Assembly (NCBI RefSeq): GCF_902713615.1
Contig: NW_024056025.1
Location: 584,657 to 648,656, forward strand
Source: Scyliorhinus canicula
Lineage: Eukaryota
Length of the DNA: 64,000 nt
Reading direction: 5' to 3'
The translations under genes and the position numbers were made by a program. The notes under the pieces were generated by a model that ran no database searches, was not told the origin of the DNA, and saw nothing but the letters and a program-made list of their open reading frames with translations. Each line of letters opens with the position of its first letter. Position 1 is the first letter of the stretch. Positions 48,791 through 60,313 of the stretch are shown here, piece by piece.

Positions 48791-49776
48791 TGTAGCCACC
48801 TAAAATGGACACTGGGCTAACAAGATGGAGAATTGCTAAGACTGCAGGGAAAGAAAGCAGTTTAGCCAAGACAGCAGTCTGCAAAGACTAATTAGCATTT
48901 TGCAAGCAGCAAAACTAGTTTCTGGCCAGGTGGAAGATCTCAAACCAAAGGTGTTAATGGCAAAACGCTTTGCATACTAATGAGGCAATCCAGATCTAGG
49001 CACACACAATGGCAACATCTAGGTTTGAATAGATACTTTAAGTGGATGTCCAGACAGAGCGGCGCCAGAAGTATCTATCTCAAAAGACCATAGAGACCGC
49101 CCCCTCCATCGAGGAGAGACCCTCATTGGGGGGTTCGAAAGATATCGATTGGGAGTTGATCCAATCGATACCTGAAGGTAAAGCCCGCCCCGAAAAGGCA
49201 CGGACATTGGGGACCCCTATAAAAGATAGACCCCCACACATGGTCCGTTCTGTTTACTTGCTCCGGCTCTACTGTTGCTCTGGCTTTGACCTCGACCCAG
49301 AACTTCAACTTGTATCCTGACTCCAGCCGTTGAGCACCAGCCGCCGAACCGTAAGTGACCATACGACGCTCGCTACGCGAACCAGGCCCACTAGACCCCC
49401 AGCGACCAGCACGCTCTCTGAAGGTTGCAGACCAAGATTGGAACGAAGGCCTCGCTCCCTGACCTTGCCTGTTCCTGTTTAGTTAAGTATTCTGATCGCT
49501 TAGTTTAGTTATAGCTTAGTCCCTTAGCGTGTGCATGCGTATTTATTATATTTGTATAATAAATATTGATCGTTTGGAACTTACTAATCGGTGTATCGTT
49601 TTATTACTTTGAACCTGACCTTGGAATATTTGTGAGGTGTCTATACGGCATCTGGCGACTCCTGAGCTGAAAATACACATATAGAGCCTAGCAGTGTTAA
49701 GCACACGGCCTTTAAACGGAGGCGTGTTAATACACTCCAATAAACGCGTATTACACCCATAGTAAAACGTGCAACA
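48791..49776 (+). repeat. 3' LTR (986 bp)
   Basis: Copy of the 5' LTR at offset 7664. The only difference I found by eye is C41775 versus T49439. The ORF track gives identical peptides in both LTRs. Confidence 0.97.
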
Positions 49777-49780
49777 TCGG

Positions 49781-49985
49781 CCAGACCGGGTAAGGAGGGC
49801 AGATTTCCTTCTCTAAAGGACATTAGTGAACCAGATGGGTTTTTACAATAATTGACAATGTTTTCATGGTCACCATTAGATTTTTATTTAATTGAAATGA
49901 CACCATCTGCCATTGTGGGATTCGTACCCCAGTTCCCAGAGAATTACTCAGGGCCTGGATTACTAGTCATGTGATATTACCACTA
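49781..49985 (-). mobile_element. Deu-domain-type SINE fragment interrupted by the LTR element
   Basis: acccatctggttcactaatgtcctttag...ccttacc.ggtctggcc.acatgtgact motif, also seen at about 37960-38060, 38500-38670 and 50940-51060. The family name is from recall. Confidence 0.65.
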
Positions 49986-50199
49986 TGCCATCACCTCACC
50001 AAGTGATGCAGTGTCTATTACACATTTTTAATCCAGTAATATATATGTGTACATGGCCAGCAGCCTATATGATCCTTTTCAGGTCCCTTTGTCCTGTACA
50101 GGAATTAGTGATCATGGACCTGGTCATCAGCATGAATTGTCATTCAGAAGAATTGGGATGGTGTGTATTCGGCACAGCAGCGAGAATGGAGGGAGTGTG

Positions 50200-50790
50200 T
50201 GTGAGATGGAAAGATACAGGTTTTGGGGATGCGAGAGGAAGGATATTCCATAGAAACGAGCACTATGTGTTGTGAATATCTATCCTGTCCTGACAGTGAT
50301 GACTTTTGTAAACTCCCTTTACAGGACATTAGAAGATTTGTATTCGGGATATTCAAACTAAATATTGCATCAAAATCGGAGAGCGATCAGTTGATTCATC
50401 AGGACCTGAATATCATCCTTCGAATGTGGAAGGAGAAATGTTTCTCTGTTCTGTCTGTGAGAAAAGATTTAAAACATCAGTGTGACTGGAAAAGCACCGA
50501 GACCCACACAACACACACCCGAGTGAGAGTGAATTGACTGTGGAAAGGGCTTTCACCAATTACACAATGGGGAGGCGGTGATGCAGTGTTATAATCGCTG
50601 GATTTGTAATCCAGAGAACCAGGATAATGATCTGGGGACTTGGATTCGAATCCCACCATCTCAGTTGATGGAATAAAATATCTGGAATTAAAAGTCTATG
50701 ACTGGAAAAGCCCGAGACTCACACAACACACACCCGAGTGAGAGTGTTCCAGTGAACTGACTGTGGAAAGAGCTTTAACCAGTTACACAG
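50200..50790 (+). pseudogene. Truncated ZNF cassette with a tandemly duplicated leader/SINE junction
   Basis: Acceptor ccctttacAG near 50330; the leader block occurs twice (about 50480-50700 and 50700-50940). Confidence 0.65.
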
Positions 50791-51718
50791 TGGGGAGGCA
50801 GTGGTGTAGTGGTATCGTCGCTGGACTAGTCATCCATAAACCCAGGATAATGATCTGGGGACCTGGGTTTGAATCCTACTACCAGAGGTGATGGAATTTA
50901 AACTCAATAAAACTTCTGGAATTAAAAGTCTATGAAACCAGCTGGTTCACTAACGTCCTTTCGGGAGGGAAATCTGCCGTCCTTACGCAGCCTGGCCTAC
51001 ATGTGACTCCAGACCCATAGCAATGTTGTTGACTCTTACCAGCCCTCAAGGGCAATTAGATCTTAGAATTTACAGTGCAGAAGGAGGCCATTTTGCCCAT
51101 CGAGTCTGCACCGGCCCTGGGAAAGAGCAGCCTCTCCAAGCCCACACCTTCACCCTATCCTCGTAACCCCACCCAACCTTTTTGGACACGAAGGGAAATT
51201 TAGCATTGCCAATCACCTAACCTCATTTGAGAGTGATGTTGCCTCAGGATTGTGAGTTTCTGCCCTGCTGAACAGAGACGCAGAACTTTGGACAAATGGG
51301 CCTGGATGTCCAATGAGACAGTGAAATCTAGAGAGCAGGATTGGCTTCCTTTTCTTTCCATCTCTGTCACTGCTTTGCATCATCAATAAGACATTGAAAC
51401 TCAAAGACTAATCCAGTTTGATGGACAAGTTGTCTCCATTCTGAACAACTGGGAACAAGCTCCTCCCACTCATTGAAACATCAGCCCCGACAAAGATGAG
51501 AAACGCGCATGCGCCCTAATTCACATCCAATAAAGATGGCGGCCGTTAACCCGAGCCGAAGATGAGGAGATGCAGTTCCGCTCGGTACAAACTGGGTCTC
51601 GTAAACATTTCCGAGGTTTGCGATTGCAACAACTTTACACAACGTTTCCGCCCGCCCCCGCGATCTCTCGCTCCCTCCGTATTGTTAAACGTCTCTTACC
51701 AATTTCCGATCTGAAAAA

Positions 51719-51955
51719 CCTGGAGTTACCTCTCTCTCTGCATCTTTGATGATTTGATTGCCTGCAGGTGCTCACATTCCAGGGCATCTCTGACTGTGTC
51801 TATATAAACATTTCTGGAACAAGCCTTTCCATTCACCTGAAGAAGGAGCCGTGCTCCGAAAGCTCGTGTTTGAAACAAACCTGTTGGACTTTAACCTGGT
51901 GTTGTAAGACTTCTTACTGTGCTCACCCCAGTCCAACGCCGGCATCTCCACATCA
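51719..51955 (+). mobile_element. Solo Penelope terminal repeat inserted in a ZNF promoter block
   Basis: Reverse-complement match to about 31051-31290; 12-bp TSD CGATCTGAAAAA at 51707-51718 and 51956-51967. Confidence 0.88.
51834..51868 (+). ncRNA. Minimal type I hammerhead ribozyme motif (Penelope terminal repeat)
   Basis: CAC-CTGAAGA-A-GGAGC(cgt)GCTCC-GAAA-GC-TC-GTG: core boxes, stem II, 3-bp stem I and a palindromic AGCT stem III. Confidence 0.7.
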
Positions 51956-52499
51956 CGATCTGAAAAAGACATCCTTCTGCATCGCCATTACCCACACGAC
52001 GCATGCATCAATCACAGCGGTGCCCCGCCCCTCATTCACTCCGATTGGTTGGAGGACTAGCTGCTTCCGGTCCGTCCTCCAGTGTCCCTCCTCTTCCTAT
52101 TGGTCCCGTGCTGCCGTCAATCACCCGGGCATTGTGAGGCAGATTTCTGGCTGACTCAATAATCATAGAGGTAGGTAGAATCATAGAATTTACAGTGCAG
52201 AAGGAGTCCATTCGGCCCATTGAGTCTGCACCGGTTCTTGGAAAGGGCACCCTATTTAAGGCCACACCTCCAACCTATCACTGTAACCCAGCAACCCCAT
52301 CTAACATAAGGGAAATTTAGCATGGCTAATCCACCTAACCTGTGCATCTTTTGACTGTGGGAGGAAACCGGAGCACCTGGAGGAAACCCACGCAGACATG
52401 GGGAGAACTGTCAGACTCCGCACAGGCAGTGACACTTTTGTTGGGTTCTAGCTAATTTTGGTCCTTTATTTTGACTGGACCACATGCTTGGGGAAAGCA

Positions 52500-52842
52500 A
52501 GAGACGAAAGAAGGTTTGATAGAAACTAGAATGATCTGTTGTGAATTACTATCCTATTATAGTGATCATTTTTGTAAACTTATTTTTTAGGCATTAGAAC
52601 GGGAGGATTGGCAGCTGGGCAACTGGAACCAAATATAACATGAAGGTCTGACAGTCACTCAATTCATTAGCATCTAAATATCACAAACTGTCAATGTGCT
52701 TGTCTGTTCTGACTGTGGGAAGAGATTTCAAACATCAGTGAGACTGGAAAAGCCCCGAGACCCACACACACCTGAGTGGGAGTGTTCCAGTGAACTGACT
52801 GTGGAAAGAGCTTTAACCAGTTACACAGCCTGAAAAATCATC
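52500..52842 (+). pseudogene. Truncated ZNF cassette followed by a CR1 fragment
   Basis: Same intron block and leader (...gtgttccagtgaactgactgtggaaagagc...) as the other copies. Confidence 0.7.
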
Positions 52843-53669
52843 TTGTTTCCTCTTGTGGGAGAGTCTAGGACCAGAGGGCATCATCTCAGAGGAAGGGGTC
52901 TCAAATTTAGGACAGAGGTGAGGAGACATTTCTTCCATCAGAGGGTAGTGAATCTGTGGAATTCTTCAGCTGGCATTATATCTCTGGGGTTTTACCATAA
53001 AAAGACAAAGGTGAAGGTGTCTTAACCCGGATGGGCCGCTTGGTGGCGCAGTGGCTCTTTCACTGAGGGGCCTTGAGTTCAGACACATCCCAGACAGGAC
53101 TGGTGAGAAATATCTGTCTGGGAAAGGGGAGCAAACTGTATAACCGGGGAAGTGGAGCGGTGCCGATGGATCTTAGAGAAAGGAGTTCAGATTAGTCTTA
53201 TTTTCTTCATTTTTCATTCAATATTTATTAAAATTTCAGCGAAAATATTACACAAAAGTTTATTTTGATGTTTACAAAAGGGAACATAACGATTGGGGGT
53301 CACAGTGAGAACAGAACACATGCCCTCTGAGCTGCCAAATGTATGTACAACTGTAACAGACACAAGAGAGAAAAGGAGCTCAACATAAAGGGAAGGCAAC
53401 AGTTGTCAATAAGGTACGAGATAAGTTACTTATTTATACATAACATTGAGGGAAATTATTAGCTACAATTACATTACAGCCAAAATTATCTCGTACATTT
53501 TAAACTGAAAAGCAGAAATACTGTCCATGATTGTCTCAGTTACAGATGCAGAATAATAAACGGAGAGGATTTTACTGTTAGAGTCACCAAGAGGAGATAT
53601 TGTATTTGTGTCACACACAGATCATAATAAACAGCTGAGGGAAATCTACAGCGTCCGAACGTCAACCCA

Positions 53670-53678
53670 TCACTTGAT
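53670..53678 (-). CDS. IGHM: IgM TM2 exon (IK-stop)
   Basis: ctcttttacag/ATC AAG TGA; candidate AATAAA at 53259-53264 and 53224-53229. Confidence 0.8.
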   Translation of the reverse strand: MK

Positions 53679-53819
53679 CTGTAAAAGAGAGCGAAAATGA
53701 TGAAGCAGATGTTTATGATCTGGAACATTTATGTTAGAGTTTTTAATCAATCAAACATTTAGAGATTTTTTTAAACGGCTTCATTCAGTTTGAAGTGTGA
53801 GTGGATTGAATCTTCTCAC

Positions 53820-53947
53820 CTTCACCAGAGTGACTGCAGCGCTGTAGGAAATGCTCAGGAAGAACAGGGTGATGAATGTGGAAGCGGTTGTCCAGATGTT
53901 CCCGTTATCATCTTCATTGTCTTCAGTCCAGGTGTGGTCTGTAGTAT
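53820..53947 (-). CDS. IGHM: IgM transmembrane exon TM1
   Basis: My translation: (D)TTDHTWTEDNEDDNGNIWTTASTFITLFFLSISYSAAVTLVK, with the conserved antigen-receptor TM motif. AG/GT borders and phase match the CH4 internal donor. Not in the ORF track. Confidence 0.93.
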
Positions 53948-54309
53948 CTACGAGGATAGAGCCGAATAAATATTATCAGATTGTTTGTTAATCCAGGATT
54001 TATTTTCAGTATTCTCGTTTCATTTTCTCCCGCTGCTAATTAATTCTTTAATATATTTTCAGTAACTTCATACTGTTGAGTTCATGACACTCATAAATCG
54101 ATCTCTGTAACTTTTTTCTTCCAATCAAGGGGCAAGTTAGCATGGCCAATCCACCTACCCTGCACATCTTTGGGTTGTGGGGGTGAAACCCACGGGTCAC
54201 GTGGAAACTCCACAGGGACACAGACCCAGGAGCGGGATCAACCCCAGGTCCATGGTGGCGTGAGGCAGCAGTGCTAACCATTGCGTCACCGTGCTGCCCT
54301 TGCCTGACG

Positions 54310-55700
54310 TTTGTGTTTGTTCTTTATCTTTTGTGTCTATGTAGATGCGAAATTCGTGTTTTGCTTTACTCTTTTGTTTGTCCCGATGTCTTTATAAATG
54401 TCATTGTGTCTGTTCATGTGTCAATGAGTATTGATCTGTGTATTTGTGTGTCAGCGCCTGAATGTGAACTTTGTTTATCTTCTGTCAATGTGTATATATG
54501 AGTGTTTGATTGTGCGTGTTTGTGTGTTGAAGTCTATGTTTATATATTAATGCCTGTGCTAATATATGTTTATACGTCCCTGCCCAGTAATAAAAATGTT
54601 AATGTGTCTTTATGCGTTCAACATGCATGTCAGTGTCTTAATGTTTGTGTCTGCATAAGTGTGTTTGTGTGTGTGTGTGTGTGTTTGTTGATGCATGTAT
54701 TTCATCACAGAATCATCATCGTATAATATCGACTGTGCCGAACGAGGCCATTCGGCCCATTGGGTCTGCACCGACCCTCGGAAAGAGCACTCTGCCTGGA
54801 CGCATGCCCCTGCCCTATCCCCAGAACCTCGTAACCCCACCTAACGTTGTGGACAATGAGGGGTAATATAGCATGGCCAATCCACTGAACCTGCACATAT
54901 TTGGACTGTGGGAGGAAACCGGAGCACGCGGAGGAAACAGGAACATACACGGGGAGAACGTGGGAACACCACACAGACAATCACCCAAGGCTGGAATTGG
55001 ACCCGGGATTATGGTGCTGTGAGGCAGCAGTGCTATTTATGCGTTGGTGGTTGTTTATAACTATCTATTGCTGTGTATTGATGCCTCCATGTGTATTCAT
55101 ATGTGTTCGTGTTAGCGTTTGTACAAGTCTGCTAATATGTGTCTACGTGTGTCCACAAGTGTGTTAATGTGGATTACTGTCTCTGAAAGGAAATATTTCT
55201 GTCATCGTGAAATTCTGCTAATGTATATGTTATTGGTTACAATTGTGTTTCATATTCTTCTGTCAGCCTGCTTGTCTGGTTTTATATGTTTGTGTATCTG
55301 TGTGGACACGTGGTTGTATGTGTCTGTTTGTGTACATTTGTGTACCCGCTTGTGTGTGTGGATTTGTGTGTGTCTGTGTGTGTATACACGTGTGCTTTTT
55401 TGTGTTTATGTCCATGTTTGTGAATTTGTGAGCACGTTTGCATGTGTTTTTGTGTCAAAATATGTGTGGTTCGTTATGCCTGGATGTATGTTTATGCATG
55501 TGTGTCTATGTGTGTGCCCATGTATGTGTTTGTGTCTACGTGTGAGCGTGTGTGTGTTTGTGGGTCTGTGTGCGTGTGTGTGTGTGTAGTGTTTGTGTCT
55601 GTTTATCTGTCTGTGTATTTGTATCAGCTGCCTGTAGCTTTGCCAGTTGTGGGTATTATTGGTACCGATGTAGAATATGTTGAACTTTCTGCTTATAAAT
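54310..55700. repeat. TG-rich low-complexity region in the IgM CH4-TM1 intron
   Basis: Degenerate (TG)n with an inserted SINE. Confidence 0.85.
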
Positions 55701-56189
55701 GTATTTTGTGTGGGTTGCAAGCTGACATCAGGTGACCGAATGCAAAAATACAAGGAGGTGCCTCAGGAGAGAACAGTGAAAACCCAGGGAGAATTCAATC
55801 ACCAGTCTGGATTTGGATTATGGTGAATCAGTTTCACCATACGGATAAGAGGAACAAGAGTGCTAAAAAAAATTCTGTTGCATGAATATATATTTTAAGA
55901 ACATCTTTATCATGATGGTCTCTTAAACCCTTCAGGCAGTAAGCTATATGCCGTCTTGTAATGTCAGTAACTGAGTTCTTAGTCCAGAGAGCCGTTTACT
56001 TTCAAACTCCCTGCTTGGGGACTGGGAAGATATTGAGTTAATAATCTCCCTCTCTCTGGTCAGCTCAGCAAATTGCCTTTGGGTTCTCCCTGCTGGAGGT
56101 GGAGCTATAGAGAGTTCACTCATCACCTTCCTCCTCTTTTGGTCGGGAACGTAGAGGTAAAATAGGTTAGTATTGCCCCTTTGCTCTCT

Positions 56190-56850
56190 TTGTTGGGGAA
56201 GTGTGGGTCCAGTGGATTAAATAATGCCGCTCCATTCATTGTTGGAAGCGGGTGTGCAGTGGATTAATTCACCCCCCACCATCGCCTTGGTGGGCAAGTA
56301 GAGGTACAGTGTGTTAACTAATGTCCCTCCCCTCTCTTTGCTGGGCAGGTGGAGGTACAGTGTGTTACCTAATGCCCCTACCCCTCCCTTTGGTGGAGGG
56401 GGGGGGGGTACAGTGCATTGAGTAATGCCCTCTTCCTCTCTATGCTATGGAATTGGTTTACAGTGGGTTAACTAATGCCCCTCCCCCTCTCTTGAGGAAT
56501 TGGGGGTACAGTGGATTACCTAATGCCCTTCCCCTTCTCTTTGTTGGGGAAGTGGGCAGACAGTGGAATAACTATAGCCCCTCCCACACTCTGTTGGTGA
56601 AGTGGGGGTACAGTGGACTAACTAATGCCCCTCCCCCTCTCTCTCTTGGGGAAGTGGGGGTACAGTGGATTATTTAATGCCCCACACCTCTCTATTCGGG
56701 ATGTGGGGAACAGTGGATTATCTAATGTTCCTCCCCCTCTCTCTATTGTGGAAGTGGCGGTACAGTGGATTAATTAAAGCCCCTCCCCCTCTCTCTGTTG
56801 GTGAAGTGTAGATTCAGTGGATTAACAATTTCACTTTCCCCTCTCTTTGA
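56190..56850. repeat. Diverged minisatellite of about 52 bp in the IgM CH4-TM1 intron
   Basis: Unit tacagtggattaactaatgcccctccccctctctttgttggggaagtggggg. Confidence 0.85.
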
Positions 56851-57294
56851 CTGGGGATTGTTGGTCCATGTTTTTGTGTGACCCTCAATTCAGTTCCCAG
56901 TGGGTGTGATGCAGCAACTTAAAGCTGACATTAATTTTAAGGGATGGACAATGAGAAAAGCAGGAACACCGAGATCTAAATGTGATGTTTCTTTGTCTGA
57001 AATGGGAACGTGTCCGATTTCTCCTCAGCGGGAGGAAAGCCAATGAAGATATTTTGCTGAATCCTGGAATGAATGAGTTTTACTCTGTCTCTAACCCAGG
57101 GTGTATCTGAGCTGGGAGGTCTGGTTGTATCAGATTTGGGGCCGAGACCTGTAGAAATCTGGGTCTCATTCAACAGATCTAATATCAGCAAAGTGGAAGC
57201 TCCATTAATTAAGCGGCTGTGTATTTAAATCACAATTGGAGGAAAAAAAATCTTTATTATTTTTATTTTAGTTCAAAATATAATCAATAGATTC

Positions 57295-57686
57295 TCATTG
57301 ACATGAATTAACGGTGTCCATCAGAGCGAGGGAAATGTTCACAAAACTGGGTTTACCGCTGGATTTATCAACCGTTCTGTTGATGATCTTCAAGGGGATG
57401 GCTTCATGTCCCACCACACAGGAGTAAGAAGCGCCGCTGGCCCACTCCTCCGCTGCAATGGATAACAGGCTGTACATGAAGAAGGAGCTATTGCCGTTCT
57501 CCGCCATCACCTCGGTGTTCTTGTAGTTCCCGGGATTCACCGGCTTGTCATTGACGGTCCACTTGACGAAGATCTCTCGGGGGGAGAAACCTCTCACTAA
57601 GCAGCTGAGGGAGACGAATCTCTGAGCGGAGACGTCTTCAGCCGAGGGCAGGAGGACAGAGACGGACGGTTCTCGCGGATTGGGAT
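57295..57686 (-). CDS. IGHM: Immunoglobulin mu heavy chain CH4 exon with secretory tailpiece
   Basis: [14 protein letters not shown]...SCLVRGFSP...[13 protein letters not shown], then tailpiece [20 protein letters not shown] (NIS sequon, penultimate Cys). Internal donor G/GTAAAC at 57356 for the membrane form; AATAAA at 57253-57258. Confidence 0.96.
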
Positions 57687-57974
57687 CTGCAGAAAATGTA
57701 CAATAAATATCAATAAAATGGGGAATTCTGGAGACAATGGAACCGCGGGTTAGATGTGAGAGAAATGTGTTTTGTGTTGGATTTTAAAGGTTTCCATTTG
57801 CCACTTTGGGATCTGTCTGGTTTCCTAGCTCGGAGCAGAGGTGGACACAATCCTTTTCCCTGAGAATTTACGGATGTTGAATTCGAAAGTTTCAGAAAAT
57901 GTACAGCAGGGGAACAGGCCATTCGGCCCAACTGTTCTGTGCTGGTGTATAAACTCCACGCCAAACTCCCCCTA

Positions 57975-59165
57975 CCTCAAGAGGATTGGAAAACTGCCAA
58001 TGTAACACCCTTATTCAAAAGGGAGGGAGACAAAAACAGATAATTATAGGCCAGGGACCTTCGTAGCTGAGCATTTAGACATACAGAGTATAATCAAGCA
58101 GGGTCTGCACGGCTTCGTGAAGGGGAAATCAGTGCCTGACAAATTTATTGCCCTTATTTGAGGTGATAACGAGAAGGATAGAGAGAGGGGGGCCAGTAGG
58201 TGTGATATACATGAATTTCAAAACTGTGTTTAATAAATGAATGTACTATTCCCACGGCTGCAGCTGACAAAAATAGAAAGGCAAGTGGTGAGGATTACAG
58301 AAAATCTAGAGAGGGACAGAGACAGCTTTAGTCACTGAGCTTGGCAGATGGGACATAATGTTGGAAAATGTGAGGTTAGACACTTTGGGAGGAGGAAGAA
58401 CATAACGGAATATTTTTTAGATGGAGAAAGACTGTAGAAAGCTGAAGTAACGGGTGAATTGGGGGTCCTCATGCAGAAACCACAAAAAGCAAGTTCTGCA
58501 GGTAATATGGAGACAAATTGAATGTTGACATTTATTTCAAAGGGAATAGAATATAAACATGGGGAAGTCTAGCTCAAACTATACAAGGCATTAGTTAGTC
58601 TACACCTGATACACTTTGAATAGTTTTGATGCCCTTATCTGAGGAAGACAGATTGGTTTTGGAGGCAGCCCAGAGAAGGATCACGAGGTTGATCCCGAGT
58701 ATGGAGGGATTTTCTTATGGGGAGAGGTTAAATATTATGGGTTGTACATATTGGAGTTGAGAAGAATGAAGGCGGCCTAATCGAGACATGAAATATTCTC
58801 CGGGAGCTTCTTAGGATATACGCTGACAGATTGTTTTCCCTTGTAGGAGCATCTAGGAGCAGCGTGCATGGTCGCAAAGTGAGGGTTCGCCCATTTCAGA
58901 CCGAGATGAGAAGGAATTTCCTCTCTCAAAGGACAGTGAAGCTGTGGAATTATTTAACCCAGGGGGCTGGAGATTTTAGGTCGGTCGGTATGTTCAAGGT
59001 TGAGAGAGAAACATTTTCAATTAGTAAAAGCGTCAAGAGATATGGGGATATGGTGGGAAAGAGGAGTTGAAGATTATCACAGCAGATCAGTCATGACCTC
59101 ACTGAAGGCTGGGCCGGCGTTGATGGGCCCAATGGCCTTCATCTGCTCCTAAGTCTTGTGGTCTA
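57975..59165 (+). mobile_element. Degenerate CR1 3' portion in the IgM CH3-CH4 intron
   Basis: EDWKTANVTPLFK-like start, CR1 3' peptide VRPFQTEMRRNFLSQRTVKLWN and a typical CR1 tail (gggccaatggccttcatctgctcct). Confidence 0.8.
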
Positions 59166-59385
59166 TGGTCTCGCTCCGTCTAAACCCAATATCACTGTTT
59201 TCAATTCATTGTTCATTCTGCTACATATCAATTTCCCCCTTAAACTCTGAGGGCCCAGAGTATTTAGTTAGTGGAATTACCAATCAGAATGGACCATAAA
59301 TACACTGAATGCTAAATACTGACCGCTGCACTGACACCAGAAATAGACACAATGATTCACTTATTGCTTCAGTCTCACCGCTCAC

Positions 59386-59694
59386 CTATTTTTTTGTGTA
59401 TTGAAATTCTTAAAGGAGTTGGCAGGTCCTGATGGCTCGCCACACAGTCAAACACAGCCCCACTCAGCCAGGCTTGTGTCGAGATGTTTAATTTGCTGAC
59501 CACGCTCTCGGTATCTGCCCCAGGCTGGTCGGCAATCTCTGATTTCAGCGGCTTCTTCGCTTCACTCCAGGACACGTTGACTCCATAAGGAGCATTCGAA
59601 ATGACGCAGGTTAAGGTGACAGTCGCCTCCAGCAAGACCTGTTCTATTGGTGGTGGCAGTATTGTTACTGAGGCAACAGTGCAAACGGAAGGAT
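59386..59694 (-). CDS. IGHM: Immunoglobulin mu heavy chain CH3 exon
   Basis: [30 protein letters not shown]...W...[13 protein letters not shown]; AG/GT borders, 309 bp. Confidence 0.95.
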
Positions 59695-60313
59695 CTGTGA
59701 ATGAAAAAAGTGGAAATCAACCCAAGTTTCATCTTCAGAATAGGACAGCAGGATTCAGCCTTCACTCACTCAATGGGAATGAATCAACTTCGAGACTTCT
59801 AATGATCGCCATTAATCTTCTATACACGTTTGGTCAGTGTAAACTATTCTCATTATGAAATACAGTCAGCCCCGATGCCATTCTAACGAATCAGTATTGC
59901 AGCATTCCCAATACAAATACTCAAGTGCTGATCTCAGGAACGAAGTACTGAGGGCTTATTTATAAATAGATTGGATTGAACTTTCCAACACTTTCGTCCC
60001 GGAGCTGTTATCAGTAAAATGTTTCAGACACCCACTGACTCAAATATAACCAGCTGTCTCAGGATAAAGCTGATATCAAGGCCACCTCACTCACTAAATG
60101 ACTTCAAATTAGAGTGAAACATGTATTTCTATACTGATCAAATCCTGAATGGTGAGCAATCCTAATGCAGCTTTTCCGTCAGAATGAAACACAAACTACA
60201 TGGCAGTAAATTAGAAGTTATTTTGTGCTTTGTACTAACTTCAGTAAATTCCTGATTTGGATTAACATCAGAATGCAGGATGATTTATTCTTTCCTCTGT
60301 TTGTGTCTCTTAC

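Larger units (their letters stand above)
41127..49776 (+). mobile_element. Endogenous retrovirus-like LTR element (spumavirus/lokiretrovirus-related pol), env-less, non-autonomous copy
   Basis: Two 986-bp direct repeats (TGTAGCC...GCAACA) enclose PBS, gag remnant, pro-RT-tether-RNaseH-IN and PPT. A 4-bp TSD TCGG lies at 41123-41126 and 49777-49780. The flanks rejoin into one continuous SINE sequence (minus strand ccttacccggtctggCCGAcatgtgact), which confirms the insertion point. Confidence 0.95.

Noticed and set aside
50570-50660. tRNA-like sequence with GGATTCGAATCCC
   Set aside because: Head of a tRNA-derived SINE with an expanded middle, duplicated at about 50790-50880; no proper cloverleaf.
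54271-55753. Cys/Val-rich ORFs in the IgM CH4-TM1 intron
   Set aside because: Degenerate (TG)n low-complexity translation.
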